From Candidatus Uhrbacteria bacterium (GTDB taxonomy: Bacteria > Patescibacteriota > Patescibacteriia > UBA9934 > GWF2-40-263): 54,077 nt of DNA. The position numbers and the translations under genes were made by a program. Under the pieces are notes generated by a model. It worked only from the letters and a program-made list of their open reading frames with translations. It did no database searches and had not been told where the DNA came from. The stretch lies in NCBI GenBank assembly GCA_018700535.1, contig JABITQ010000072.1, positions 1 through 54,077 on the forward strand. The letters run 5' to 3'. Positions 9,099 to 18,376 of this stretch are shown here, in pieces (the first letter of the stretch is position 1; every line of letters begins with the position of its first letter).

Positions 9099-9782
9099 TT
9101 AGAGTCTTTGGTTGTCCATCTCAGAGAGGATGACCTTCAGCATTTTGGCATCTTCACTTCTGTGTCGTGAGCGCTCCATCTTGCTTTGAGCGGCTTGCAA
9201 TCCAACCCTGAGCGCAATGACAGCATCGCGATTTTTTTCCATTCTGAGCTGAGGTGTCATGTAGCGAACCCATCCTCGGACCCCTCCGCCTGCGCCGCGG
9301 ATGTGATCGAGGAGAGAGAAGAACATGAACGCACCTTCATAGACCTGGCTCGGTGCTTCACTTACCATCAGGTTCATCTGAAGGCTGGCGGATAGCGCGT
9401 GGTCCAGCGGCATCATCTCACGTTCCGGAAAGTTCCCAGAGTACTTGAAGATCGCGTTGATGACCGTTGTGCTCGGATCAAGATTGAGCATGGCTCGCCC
9501 AACTCTTGCCGTCTCGGACAAGAACCCGTTGGGAAGACCGGCCGCTTCTTCTTCGTCAGCCACCTCTCGAATGGCCTTCATACAGGCCGTGAGTTCGTCG
9601 AGATCTGTCACCCTCAGGTTGCTGAAGGTGGGCAGAGAGAGTCCTAATGTAATGAAAAGGGTTCGGACGTCTTCGTGGGTGGTAGGAAAACCTTTGTTGA
9701 AACGACGCAAGACATGCTCCGGAAAGTTGCTAGGTCGCGGGTTGCGACAGGTGTTTCTACCATCAGGCAGGGTATTTGTCAA
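9099..9782 (-). CDS. hypothetical protein (start uncertain)
   Basis: Longest frame in the region. The track start at 9782 is TTG with no SD. An in-frame TTG at 9710 is preceded by GGAG at 6 nt. No family recognised. Confidence 0.55.
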   Translation of the reverse strand: MTNTLPDGRNTCRNPRPSNFPEHVLRRFNKGFPTTHEDVRTLFITLGLSLPTFSNLRVTDLDELTACMKAIREVADEEEAAGLPNGFLSETARVGRAMLNLDPSTTVINAIFKYSGNFPEREMMPLDHALSASLQMNLMVSEAPSQVYEGAFMFFSLLDHIRGAGGGVRGWVRYMTPQLRMEKNRDAVIALRVGLQAAQSKMERSRHRSEDAKMLKVILSEMDNQRL

Positions 9783-9889
9783 TGGTTTGGGGTGCCTGTC
9801 TCCCTGGTGGAAAACTAAATATTTATCCCCAAAAACCTTGATAACTTTGCCTTTGCTGGAAGGCTTATAGCGTGTAAGCTCTGCTTACT

Positions 9890-12800
9890 ATGTCCAAGTT
9901 TGTTCACCTTCATTCCCATTCCCATTACTCGCTTCTTGAGGGGCTTCCTAAGACGAAGGAGTTTTTGAAGCACGTAAAGGATTTGGGGCAAGATACTGTT
10001 GCACTTACGGACAACGGAACGCTCTATGGTGTAATCGACTTTTACCAGAAAGCCCAGAAGGAGGGTATCAAGCTTATTATCGGTTGTGACTTTTATGTTG
10101 CACGCCATGGTCGTCTTTTAAAACGTGCACGCGTCGATAACAAGCCTCATCGGCTCGTCTGTCTTGCAGAAAACCTTGAGGGGGACATGAACCTTATCAA
10201 GCTTTCCTCCGTCGGATTTTTGGAGGGGTTTTATTACAAACCTCGTATCGACAAAGAGTTGCTGCGTGAACATACAAAAGGAATCATTGCGTTGTCAGGT
10301 GGGTACTTGGGTGAGATTGACGAGTTGATCAAATTGAAAAAGATTGATGAAGCAGAGGAGGTGATTAAGGGGTATGTCGAAATGTTTGGTGAGGGGAACT
10401 TCTTTTTGGAGTTGGTAGATCGCCCTGAGATTGCAGAGCAGGAGGCGACGAATGCGCAGCTTATCGCGCTTGGAAAAAAGTTGAACGTTCCTGTTGTTGC
10501 AACCAAGAATACATTTTATCTCAAGCCGGGCGACGTGGAGGCTTGGAAGATTTTGAATTGTATTAAGGGTGGTAGAACGCTCGAGCATTTTAATCGCATC
10601 AACCAGTTTGATTACGATGCGTCGATGGTGACAGGTGAGTACATGGAGGAGCGGTTTGCTGATGTACCAGAGGCGATTGAGAACACGCGGAAGATTGCGG
10701 ACAGATGCAATGTTGAGCTTGAGCTTGGAAAGTGGAACTTTCCAAAGTTTGAAATTCCTGAGGGGCAGACCTTTCTTAAGGAGCTAACAAAGCAGGCGTT
10801 TGCGAAGTTGGAAGAGAAGAAGGGTCGTGAGCTTACAGAGGTTGAGGCAGGTCGATTAAACTACGAGCTCGATATTATTGAGCAAAAAGGATTTTGTCCG
10901 TACTTTTTGATTGTGTCCGACTTTATTAACTGGGCGCGTGAAAAAGGGATCATGACCACGACGCGTGGATCTGCGGCTGGGTCACTCGTTGGGTATTCGA
11001 TTGGAATTTCTTCAGTTGATCCTTTGTATTACGAACTTCCGTTTGAACGTTTCTTAAACCCTGAGCGTCCATCTGCACCTGACGTTGATGCTGACTTTGC
11101 TGACAACCGTCGCGATGAGGTGCTTGATTATGTGCGCGAAAAATATGGTCACGACCAAGTGGCTCAGATCTGTACCTTTGGATCCATGCTTGCCAGAGGT
11201 TCGGTTAGAGATGTTGGTCGTGCGCTTGGGTTTGAGTACGGCATGATCGACGAGATTGCCAAGGTGATCCCGATGGGGTCGCAGGGGTTTGCGATGACGC
11301 TCGACCGCGCGCTTGAGGAGTCACCGGATTTGAAGAAAAAATACAACGTCGACGCAAACGTTCGTCGTGTTGTCGACCTTGCGCGCCAGCTAGAGGGGTG
11401 CGCACGTCACGTCTCTATTCATGCGGCTGGAACAGTTATTTCTCCAACGGCACTGACAGACTTTACGCCACTGCAAATTGATACACGTGAAGGAAAGATT
11501 ATCTCGCAGTACGAGATGAAGTCGGTTGAGTCTGCAGGACTCGTCAAGATGGACTTTCTTGGTATCCGCAACCTGTCAATTTTGGGAGACGCGGTTCATT
11601 TAGTAAAGAAAACAAAAGGGGATGTTATTGATGTTGAGGAAATCCCGACAGATGACAAAAAGACATTTGAGCTTTTGGCTGCCGGGAACACGATGGGGGT
11701 CTTTCAGCTTTCAGGTGATGGGATGACGAAGTACTTGATGGACCTGAAGCCGGTGCGTATTGAGGACATCATGGCGATGGTTGCCTTGTATCGCCCTGGG
11801 CCGATGGAGGTGATCCCGCAATTTATTGAGCGTCGATTTGATCCAAAGAAGGTTCGGTTCCTCGACCCTAGAATGAAAGAGTTTTTGCAGAAGTCTTATG
11901 GACTTTTGGTTTATCAGGATGACGTGATGCTTACCGCGATCCATATGGCGGGGTACTCGTGGCTTGAGGCGGACAAGTTGCGTAAAGCCATGGGAAAGAA
12001 AATTCCTGAGGAGATGGCGAAGCAGAAGATTAAGTTGCTCGATGGGTTTGTTGAACATGGTGTAAAAAAGTCGCTTGCGCAAAAGTTGTGGAAGCAGATT
12101 GAGCCGTTTGCGGCGTATGGGTTTAACAAAGCTCATGCGGCGAGTTATGGAATGGTTGCGTACCAGACGGCGTTCATGAAGGCGAACTATCCAGCTGAGT
12201 ACATGACCGCGCTGATGACCGCTGAGAGCGGAGACCTTGAGAAGATTGCGGAGGCTGTGTCTGAGTGTGCGCGCATGGGGATTGAAGTGCTGCCACCAGA
12301 TATTAACGAGTCGCTAAAAGACTTTACTTACCTTAACGACAACCAAATTCGTTTTGGTCTTTTGGTGATCAAAAACTTGGGAGGGGAGGTGATTGAGACG
12401 ATTATTGCTGAGCGCGAAAAGAATGGTGAATTTAAAGACCTCGGTGATTTTGCTGGACGTGTGTCGCACAGAGCGTTCAATAAGAAATCTCTTGAAGCAC
12501 TAACAAAGGTGGGTGCGCTTGAGCGTTTTGGTGAGCGTAAAAAACTGTTGACCAGCATGGATCGTGTATTGATGCACAACAAAAACATGCAGCGCGAGAA
12601 GGCGACGAATCAGCAATCTTTGTTTGCTGCCGCACCGCAAGTGATGGATCAAGACATTGCGCTTCGTGATTGCGAGCCAGCGACGACGCGTGAGCTGTTG
12701 ATGTGGGAGAAAGAGCTGTTGGGGTTGTTTGTGTCTGCTCATCCTTATGATGAAGTTGTTGAGAAACTAGGGAAGCATCTAACGGATTGCGCTGATGTGC

Positions 12801-13396
12801 CTACAAAATCTGAGGGGGCGTTTGTGCGTGTTGGGGGTGTGGTGACATCTGTGAAAGAAATTATTACAAAGAAAGGCGACCCGATGGCGTTCATGGGGAT
12901 TCAGGATTTAACAGGGACACAAGAAGTGATTGTGTTTCCACGAACGTATAAGACAACTAAAGAAGTGTTGCTTGAGGATTCGATTCTACTCGTTTCTGCC
13001 AAGGTTTCTAAGCGTGATGGTGAAGAAGCAAAGCTGATTGCGAACTCATTTGTGGTTGTTGGTGAGGGGGAAGTGGATGGTGTGGCGCACATGCTCGAGG
13101 TTGGGCAATGGGTAGCGTCTACCGAGCGACGATCTGCTGCTGCGGAATACGCACAGGAGAGTACGCCAAGTCGAGGGGCGCTCTCGATCGCACTCAAAGG
13201 AAAACCGACGCCTGAGATGGTCGAAAAGTTGCGTGCGATTTTTCGTGAGGCACCTGGGCCAAAGCCTGTGTGTTTGATGGTGGAGTCTGGTGGGAAGATG
13301 CGAAAGATTGAGACAGACTATACGGTTGGTGCAACAGACTCAGTAGTGGATGCAATTGCGCAGATTGTGGGGAGGCAGAATGTGAAGGTGGAGTAG
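9890..13396 (+). CDS. dnaE: DNA polymerase III alpha subunit
   Basis: 1168 aa. N-terminal PHP domain (FVHLHSHSHYSLLEG), polymerase core (KMDFLGIRNLS, FNKAHAASYG), and a C-terminal OB-fold region. Confidence 0.95.
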   Translation: MSKFVHLHSHSHYSLLEGLPKTKEFLKHVKDLGQDTVALTDNGTLYGVIDFYQKAQKEGIKLIIGCDFYVARHGRLLKRARVDNKPHRLVCLAENLEGDMNLIKLSSVGFLEGFYYKPRIDKELLREHTKGIIALSGGYLGEIDELIKLKKIDEAEEVIKGYVEMFGEGNFFLELVDRPEIAEQEATNAQLIALGKKLNVPVVATKNTFYLKPGDVEAWKILNCIKGGRTLEHFNRINQFDYDASMVTGEYMEERFADVPEAIENTRKIADRCNVELELGKWNFPKFEIPEGQTFLKELTKQAFAKLEEKKGRELTEVEAGRLNYELDIIEQKGFCPYFLIVSDFINWAREKGIMTTTRGSAAGSLVGYSIGISSVDPLYYELPFERFLNPERPSAPDVDADFADNRRDEVLDYVREKYGHDQVAQICTFGSMLARGSVRDVGRALGFEYGMIDEIAKVIPMGSQGFAMTLDRALEESPDLKKKYNVDANVRRVVDLARQLEGCARHVSIHAAGTVISPTALTDFTPLQIDTREGKIISQYEMKSVESAGLVKMDFLGIRNLSILGDAVHLVKKTKGDVIDVEEIPTDDKKTFELLAAGNTMGVFQLSGDGMTKYLMDLKPVRIEDIMAMVALYRPGPMEVIPQFIERRFDPKKVRFLDPRMKEFLQKSYGLLVYQDDVMLTAIHMAGYSWLEADKLRKAMGKKIPEEMAKQKIKLLDGFVEHGVKKSLAQKLWKQIEPFAAYGFNKAHAASYGMVAYQTAFMKANYPAEYMTALMTAESGDLEKIAEAVSECARMGIEVLPPDINESLKDFTYLNDNQIRFGLLVIKNLGGEVIETIIAEREKNGEFKDLGDFAGRVSHRAFNKKSLEALTKVGALERFGERKKLLTSMDRVLMHNKNMQREKATNQQSLFAAAPQVMDQDIALRDCEPATTRELLMWEKELLGLFVSAHPYDEVVEKLGKHLTDCADVPTKSEGAFVRVGGVVTSVKEIITKKGDPMAFMGIQDLTGTQEVIVFPRTYKTTKEVLLEDSILLVSAKVSKRDGEEAKLIANSFVVVGEGEVDGVAHMLEVGQWVASTERRSAAAEYAQESTPSRGALSIALKGKPTPEMVEKLRAIFREAPGPKPVCLMVESGGKMRKIETDYTVGATDSVVDAIAQIVGRQNVKVE

Positions 13397-13617
13397 GGTG
13401 GAGTTTGTGTTTTTTAAATTGTGTAGTTTTCCATACAAACAAGTTTTTTTTATATTAATACCATTGACAAAACTATGCCCTAGCTTAGTCTCACCGAAGA
13501 TAACCTCAGTGGTTTCAGGGTGAGGATCGGAGAAATTCCCTACACGCAAAGCCTCACCAATCCGCATCTTCAAATGCAGGTTGGAGCGCTCTTTGATTTC
13601 CATGTCTGTTTTTTCGT

Positions 13618-13625
13618 TGTATAAT
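13618..13625 (+). promoter_or_regulatory. extended -10 element (TGTATAAT) upstream of the 13642 gene
   Basis: TGTATAAT lies 16 nt upstream of the ATG at 13642. Confidence 0.4.
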
Positions 13626-13641
13626 AAACGTAAGTAATATT

Positions 13642-14898
13642 ATGTCTCCAAAAAAGAAAACAACAACGAAGAAACGCGTGCCGGTTAAGAAGCGTGTTGC
13701 TGCGCCAAAGCGCAAGGCTGTGCCGAAGAAAACGGCTAAGGCAAGCTCTACAAAAAAGGCTGCGGTGCCAAAGCATGATTCGACGACTGTGCCTCTTGTG
13801 ATGTATCGACGCATTGCTGTTGGGTTTGTTGTGATCGTTGCGTTTGCGCTTATGAGCGTTTTGTACCTTGCAACGATGCAGGCTGTTGTTCATGTTGATG
13901 CGGTTGAGACGGTTATAGAAAGTGAATATATTATTTCTGCGGTTGAGGTGGCGACAAGTGAGACAGATGTGCCTGCTGAGATTTTTAATGGGACGCTTGG
14001 CAAAACAGTTGAGGTTGCTCCGACTGGAGATGGGTCTGTTGAAATTGATGCGGTTGCTACAGGGCAGTTGTCTATTCATAACAACATGACGTTTGCACAG
14101 CCTTTGGTTGCAACAACGCGGTTCTTATCTGCTGATGGTGTGCTGTTTAGATTAAGCAATCAGGTGAATGTTCCTGCTGGGGGCACAGTTGATGCTGAAG
14201 TTTATGCTGATGTTGAGGGTGCAAGTGGAAACATTGCCGCAACACACTTTACGATTCCTGGATTGAGCGCGGCCAAGCAAGAGCTTGTGTACGCAGATAG
14301 TACAGAAGCGTTTGTTGGCGGAACAATCACGCGTGCGGTTGTTTCTGAGGCAGAGATGGAGTCAGCAGCTGATACGCTTTCTGGTGAGTTGTTGCAGGAC
14401 GCAATGTCCATGTTCCGCGAGGAGGCAACGGCTGGGTATGATGGCGAGCTGTTTGATGTGAATATTCAGGAGAAGTCATTTAGTATTGAGCCAAATACAG
14501 AGGCAGATGGATACGAGGTCACAATGACCATTGAGATTGGTGCTGTGTTCTACAATACAGAGGTGCTTGAGAATTTAGTTGTGCGCAAGTTGTACGAAGG
14601 GCTTGGGCAAGGGCAGGAGTTTGTTGATACTGGGTTGGGTGATTTAGAAATTTCAATTGAAAGCTACAGCGATGAAGACGGTGAGGCATCGTTGTTGACA
14701 TCTCTTAAGGGTAGAGCTATTACATCTCGTGCGAGTGACGCATTGTCTGTTGAGCGTTTTGTTGGGCTTAGTGGTGATGAGGTGAGTAGTCTGCTTGTGG
14801 GCGAAGGTGTTGCAGAGAATGTTTGGGTAGAGTTTTTCCCATTTTGGGTAAACAGTATTCCTCAGCTTAAAGACCATATTTACATTGAGATCGAGTAG
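13642..14898 (+). CDS. membrane-anchored hypothetical protein with Lys-rich N-terminus (418 aa)
   Basis: Basic N-terminal tail, a single TM helix (IAVGFVVIVAFALMSVLYL), and a large extracytoplasmic-looking domain. No family recognised. Confidence 0.7.
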   Translation: MSPKKKTTTKKRVPVKKRVAAPKRKAVPKKTAKASSTKKAAVPKHDSTTVPLVMYRRIAVGFVVIVAFALMSVLYLATMQAVVHVDAVETVIESEYIISAVEVATSETDVPAEIFNGTLGKTVEVAPTGDGSVEIDAVATGQLSIHNNMTFAQPLVATTRFLSADGVLFRLSNQVNVPAGGTVDAEVYADVEGASGNIAATHFTIPGLSAAKQELVYADSTEAFVGGTITRAVVSEAEMESAADTLSGELLQDAMSMFREEATAGYDGELFDVNIQEKSFSIEPNTEADGYEVTMTIEIGAVFYNTEVLENLVVRKLYEGLGQGQEFVDTGLGDLEISIESYSDEDGEASLLTSLKGRAITSRASDALSVERFVGLSGDEVSSLLVGEGVAENVWVEFFPFWVNSIPQLKDHIYIEIE

Positions 14899-14901
14899 GT
14901 C

Positions 14902-14930
14902 TTGACGGTAACAGCAGACCACGATATCGT
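14902..14930 (+). promoter_or_regulatory. sigma70-like promoter (TTGACG-17-TATCGT) of the thrS leader
   Basis: TTGACG at 14902-14907, 17-nt spacer, TATCGT at 14925-14930. Confidence 0.45.
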
Positions 14931-14936
14931 TTTTGT

Positions 14937-15166
14937 ATCGCAGTGATAAAAGACATGTTTGCGCATAACTGAATTGTAAGAGAGGAAAAGCCTTGGCTGA
15001 AAGCTTTTCTCGATTCAAGTGCCAGGTACTACTTTTTGAGCGAACCAGTCCTGGAGTGGGCATAAAGTAAGAGGGTTGTGTGTTGAGAAATGCGCGCAAT
15101 CAATTCGGGTGGAACCACCGCATCAGACGCGGTCCCGAGGCTGCACAGAAATGTGGAGCTTTTTTG
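14937..15166 (+). promoter_or_regulatory. T-box riboswitch leader, Thr specifier (ACU)
   Basis: - Stem I carries an AGAGA bulge and a distal loop GGCUGAAAGC.
- The specifier-loop context GGU-ACU-A (15028-15031) aligns with GAAGGCA-CUUCGAGC of glyQS-type leaders.
- The antiterminator has helix A1 (GGG/CCC), a 7-nt bulge UGGAACC (15110-15116), and helix A2 (ACCGC..GCGGU).
- A terminator hairpin (GCUGCACA-GAAA-UGUGGAGC) with U6 ends at 15165. Confidence 0.75.
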
Positions 15167-15180
15167 ATAATAAAAACTAT

Positions 15181-16977
15181 ATGGAAAACAACAATCTACA
15201 CGCAATGCGCCACACTGCTGCGCACGTACTCGCAGCTGCTGCTGAGCGACTTTATCCTGGTGTGAAACTAGGAGTTGGACCTGTCATCGACAATGGGTTC
15301 TTTTATGACATTCAGTTTCCTGAGCCTATTGGTGAGGATGCACTGAAGCTTCTTACAAAGGAGATGTACAAGATTATTAAGGAAGGGCACGACATGGTGC
15401 GTGAGGAGATGAGTATTGATGAAGCGATTAAGTTTTTTGGTGACAAGGGACAAGATTTTAAGGTCGACCTGCTTAACGACTTAAAAACAAAGGGGACAAC
15501 AAAGCTTAATGCAGATGAGTTGCAGGAGGTTGATGCTGAGCATCCGGATGTTGCGACTGTGTACAAGACTGGTGACTTTGTTGATTTGTGTCGCGGTCCT
15601 CATGTGGCGAACACAAAAGAGGTTGGAGTGTTTAAGCTTTGGAAGCTTGCGGGTGCGTACTGGCGTGGAAAGGAGGAGAATGCGCAGCTGCAACGCGTGT
15701 ACGGACTTTGTTTTGAAACGAAGGAAGATTTGAAGGCGTACCAGACCATGCTTGAAGAGGCGAAGAAGCGTGATCATCGCAAACTTGGAAAAGAGCTCGA
15801 CTTGTTTGTGTTCTCAGAATTGGTTGGTCCAGGGTTGCCATTGTGGACACCAAAGGGAACCATGCTCCGCAACACACTCGACGATTTTGTTTGGAATCTG
15901 CGATCTGACAGAGGATATGAGAAGGTGGAGATTCCTCACATTACAAAAAAAGAATTGTACGAAAAGAGTGGTCACTGGGATAAGTTTAAAGATGACTTGT
16001 TTAAGATCGAGACACGTGAAGGGCACATTTTTGCGATGAAGCCGATGAACTGTCCGCATCACACACAAATTTTTGATCGCAAGATGCATAGCTACCGCGA
16101 CATGCCACAACGTTTTGCGAACACCACAATGGTGTATCGCGATGAGCAGTCAGGTGAGCTCCATGGGCTTAGTCGCGTGCGATCTATTACGCAAGATGAT
16201 GCGCATGTCTTTTGCCGACATGGTCAGGTGAAAGAAGAGATGCTTAAGATTTGGGATATTATTGAAACATTTTATAAAGGATGTGGATTCCCAGAGCTTC
16301 GTGTGCGTTTGTCGTTGCATGACCCAAGTGCACCTGAGAAGTATCTTGGAACTCCTGAAATGTGGAAGGATGCTGAGGATGCACTTCGTAATCTTGTGAA
16401 AGAGCGTGGTGTTGAGGCAAAGGAAGAAGTTGGTGAAGCTGCGTTTTATGGACCGAAGATTGATTTTGTTACCAAAGATTCAATTGGACGTGAGTGGCAG
16501 GTGGCAACGATCCAGCTCGACATGAACATGCCAGAGCGATTTGATTTGAACTGTATTAATGAAGATGGTGAAGAAGAGCGTGTTGTGATGATCCATGCTG
16601 CGATCATGGGGGCGATCGAGCGCTTTATGTCGAATCTTATCGAGCACACTGCCGGGGCATTCCCATTTTGGATGGCTCCTGTGCAAATCAAAGTCGTGTC
16701 TGTAAGCGAAGGGTTTAACGATTTTGCAGTAGAGGTTCAAGGTAAATTACAAGCTGCTGGCATACGCGTCGAGTTAGATATCACAGACGAAAACGTAGGA
16801 AAAAAGATCCGTACCGCAGCAAAGCAAAAGATCCCATGGACGATTGTTGTTGGATCAAAAGAGGTGGAGGGAGGAGATTATAATGTAAACGTATTTGGAC
16901 AGGAAGAAGATGTGACGGTGCCAGCTGGTGAGTTGGTTGCACGCGCTATTAAGGAGTCTCAATTTCCCAATTCTTAA
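15181..16977 (+). CDS. thrS: threonyl-tRNA synthetase (lacks the N-terminal TGS domain)
   Basis: The ATG at 15181 (MENNNLHAMRHTAAHVLA) begins at the editing-domain HxxxH motif. Class II core and anticodon-binding domain are present. The track start at 15076 lies inside the T-box leader. Confidence 0.93.
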   Translation: MENNNLHAMRHTAAHVLAAAAERLYPGVKLGVGPVIDNGFFYDIQFPEPIGEDALKLLTKEMYKIIKEGHDMVREEMSIDEAIKFFGDKGQDFKVDLLNDLKTKGTTKLNADELQEVDAEHPDVATVYKTGDFVDLCRGPHVANTKEVGVFKLWKLAGAYWRGKEENAQLQRVYGLCFETKEDLKAYQTMLEEAKKRDHRKLGKELDLFVFSELVGPGLPLWTPKGTMLRNTLDDFVWNLRSDRGYEKVEIPHITKKELYEKSGHWDKFKDDLFKIETREGHIFAMKPMNCPHHTQIFDRKMHSYRDMPQRFANTTMVYRDEQSGELHGLSRVRSITQDDAHVFCRHGQVKEEMLKIWDIIETFYKGCGFPELRVRLSLHDPSAPEKYLGTPEMWKDAEDALRNLVKERGVEAKEEVGEAAFYGPKIDFVTKDSIGREWQVATIQLDMNMPERFDLNCINEDGEEERVVMIHAAIMGAIERFMSNLIEHTAGAFPFWMAPVQIKVVSVSEGFNDFAVEVQGKLQAAGIRVELDITDENVGKKIRTAAKQKIPWTIVVGSKEVEGGDYNVNVFGQEEDVTVPAGELVARAIKESQFPNS

Positions 16978-16987
16978 TTCCTCTCCC

Positions 16988-18376
16988 ATGTCCACTCCTA
17001 GTTACCATCTCATCACCTACGGATGCCAGATGAACAAGAATGATTCAGAGCGCATGGAAACCTTGTTGCAAGGTGTTGGTTTGGTGCGCGCTGAGGAGGA
17101 GGGGGATGCAGATGTGATCCTAATCAACACATGTTCTGTGCGACAGAGTGCGGAGGATCGTGTGTTCGGAAAGGTGAAAGCACTTAATAAGATCAAGAAG
17201 AAAAAACCTGATCTTATTGTTGGTGTTACCGGATGTATGGCTGGGCGTGATCGTGATGGTGCGATTCGCAAGCGACTTCCGATTGTTGATTTGTACTTTC
17301 CAACAAAAGACATGGGGCAGTTGCCGCGCTGGATTGGAGAGATTCGTCCCGAGCTAGTAAACAGCACTGATGCTGTTGAGGATTATTTGAAAGTAAAACC
17401 TGAGTATCACAGCAAACGCCAAGCGTTTGTATCGATTCAAACTGGTTGCAATAAGTTTTGCACCTACTGTGTTGTTCCGTTTGCACGTGGGCTTGAGAAG
17501 AATCGTCCGATACTCGATATCATGAACGAGATCCGTGAGCTTGTTGCACATGGTTGTGTTGAGATCACGCTTCTTGGTCAGACTGTGAATAGTTATATCG
17601 CGCCCGATCCTGAGAATTTTAGTGCCAACAATCCATACGAGCATCACTTTGCGCGCATTCTTTGGGAGGTGAACCAGGTGGAAGGTGTAACTCGATTACA
17701 CTTCACAGCACCGCACCCATTGCACATGACAGATGAGGTGATCGACGCAATGGCTCTTCCGGCGCATCTTAACTTTATTCATCTACCTGTTCAGTCTGGA
17801 GATGATGAAGTGTTGCGTCGCATGAATCGACGTTATACAGCCGCAGAGTTTATTGAGGTTATTGATCGTCTGCGTGCAAAGATTCCTAATTTGGCGATTG
17901 GTACAGATATTATTGTTGGTTTCTGTGGAGAGTCTGAGGAGCAGTTTCAAAAAACTGTTGAGCTTTTTAAGCGCGCCGATTTTGATATTTCATACACAGC
18001 GCAATACTCAACCAGAAGCGGTACAGCGGCAGCAAGAGCGTTTAAGGATGATGTGAGTCGGGAAGAGAAGAAACGTCGCTGGGAGGTGCTGCAGAAGCTT
18101 ATGGAGGGTATTGTGTACAAAAAGAACCAGCGATTTGTTGGCGAGATCGTTTCTGTGCTTGTTGATCGTCATGAACCTCCAAAGGTTACCGACGAGATGT
18201 TAGCAATGCCAGAGAAGATTCAAGAGCTTATGGCTGCACAGCCTGGGCTTTGTTATGGACAGAGTCGCGAGCTAAAGCTAACGCGATTTCCTGGGGGAGA
18301 GGAGTATGTTGGTCAGATTGTGGATGTGAAGGTTACACGCGCAGATAAATGGCTTTTGGAAGGGGAGGTTGTATGA
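16988..18376 (+). CDS. miaB: tRNA-2-methylthio-N6-dimethylallyladenosine synthase (radical SAM methylthiotransferase)
   Basis: N-terminal UPF0004 Cys motif (TYGCQMN), radical SAM CNKFCTYCVVP, and a C-terminal TRAM-like region. ATG at 16988. Confidence 0.9.
   Translation: MSTPSYHLITYGCQMNKNDSERMETLLQGVGLVRAEEEGDADVILINTCSVRQSAEDRVFGKVKALNKIKKKKPDLIVGVTGCMAGRDRDGAIRKRLPIVDLYFPTKDMGQLPRWIGEIRPELVNSTDAVEDYLKVKPEYHSKRQAFVSIQTGCNKFCTYCVVPFARGLEKNRPILDIMNEIRELVAHGCVEITLLGQTVNSYIAPDPENFSANNPYEHHFARILWEVNQVEGVTRLHFTAPHPLHMTDEVIDAMALPAHLNFIHLPVQSGDDEVLRRMNRRYTAAEFIEVIDRLRAKIPNLAIGTDIIVGFCGESEEQFQKTVELFKRADFDISYTAQYSTRSGTAAARAFKDDVSREEKKRRWEVLQKLMEGIVYKKNQRFVGEIVSVLVDRHEPPKVTDEMLAMPEKIQELMAAQPGLCYGQSRELKLTRFPGGEEYVGQIVDVKVTRADKWLLEGEVV

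Noticed and set aside
13570-15099. Minus-strand ORFs 13570-14079 (169 aa) and 14653-15099 (148 aa)
   Set aside because: They are antisense to the 13642-14898 gene and to the T-box leader. Their composition is low-complexity and Asn/Arg/Cys-rich.
15076-15180. N-terminal extensions proposed by the ORF track. Affected starts: thrS 15076, dCMP deaminase 30289, kinase 23827, rplA 33611, secE 35044, prfA 47509, miaB 16928, miaA 18349, gap 49422, gatB 21355, gyrB 38030.
   Set aside because: The extensions use TTG or GTG or early codons that overlap neighbouring genes, terminators or the T-box. Conserved protein N-termini begin at the downstream ATGs I chose.
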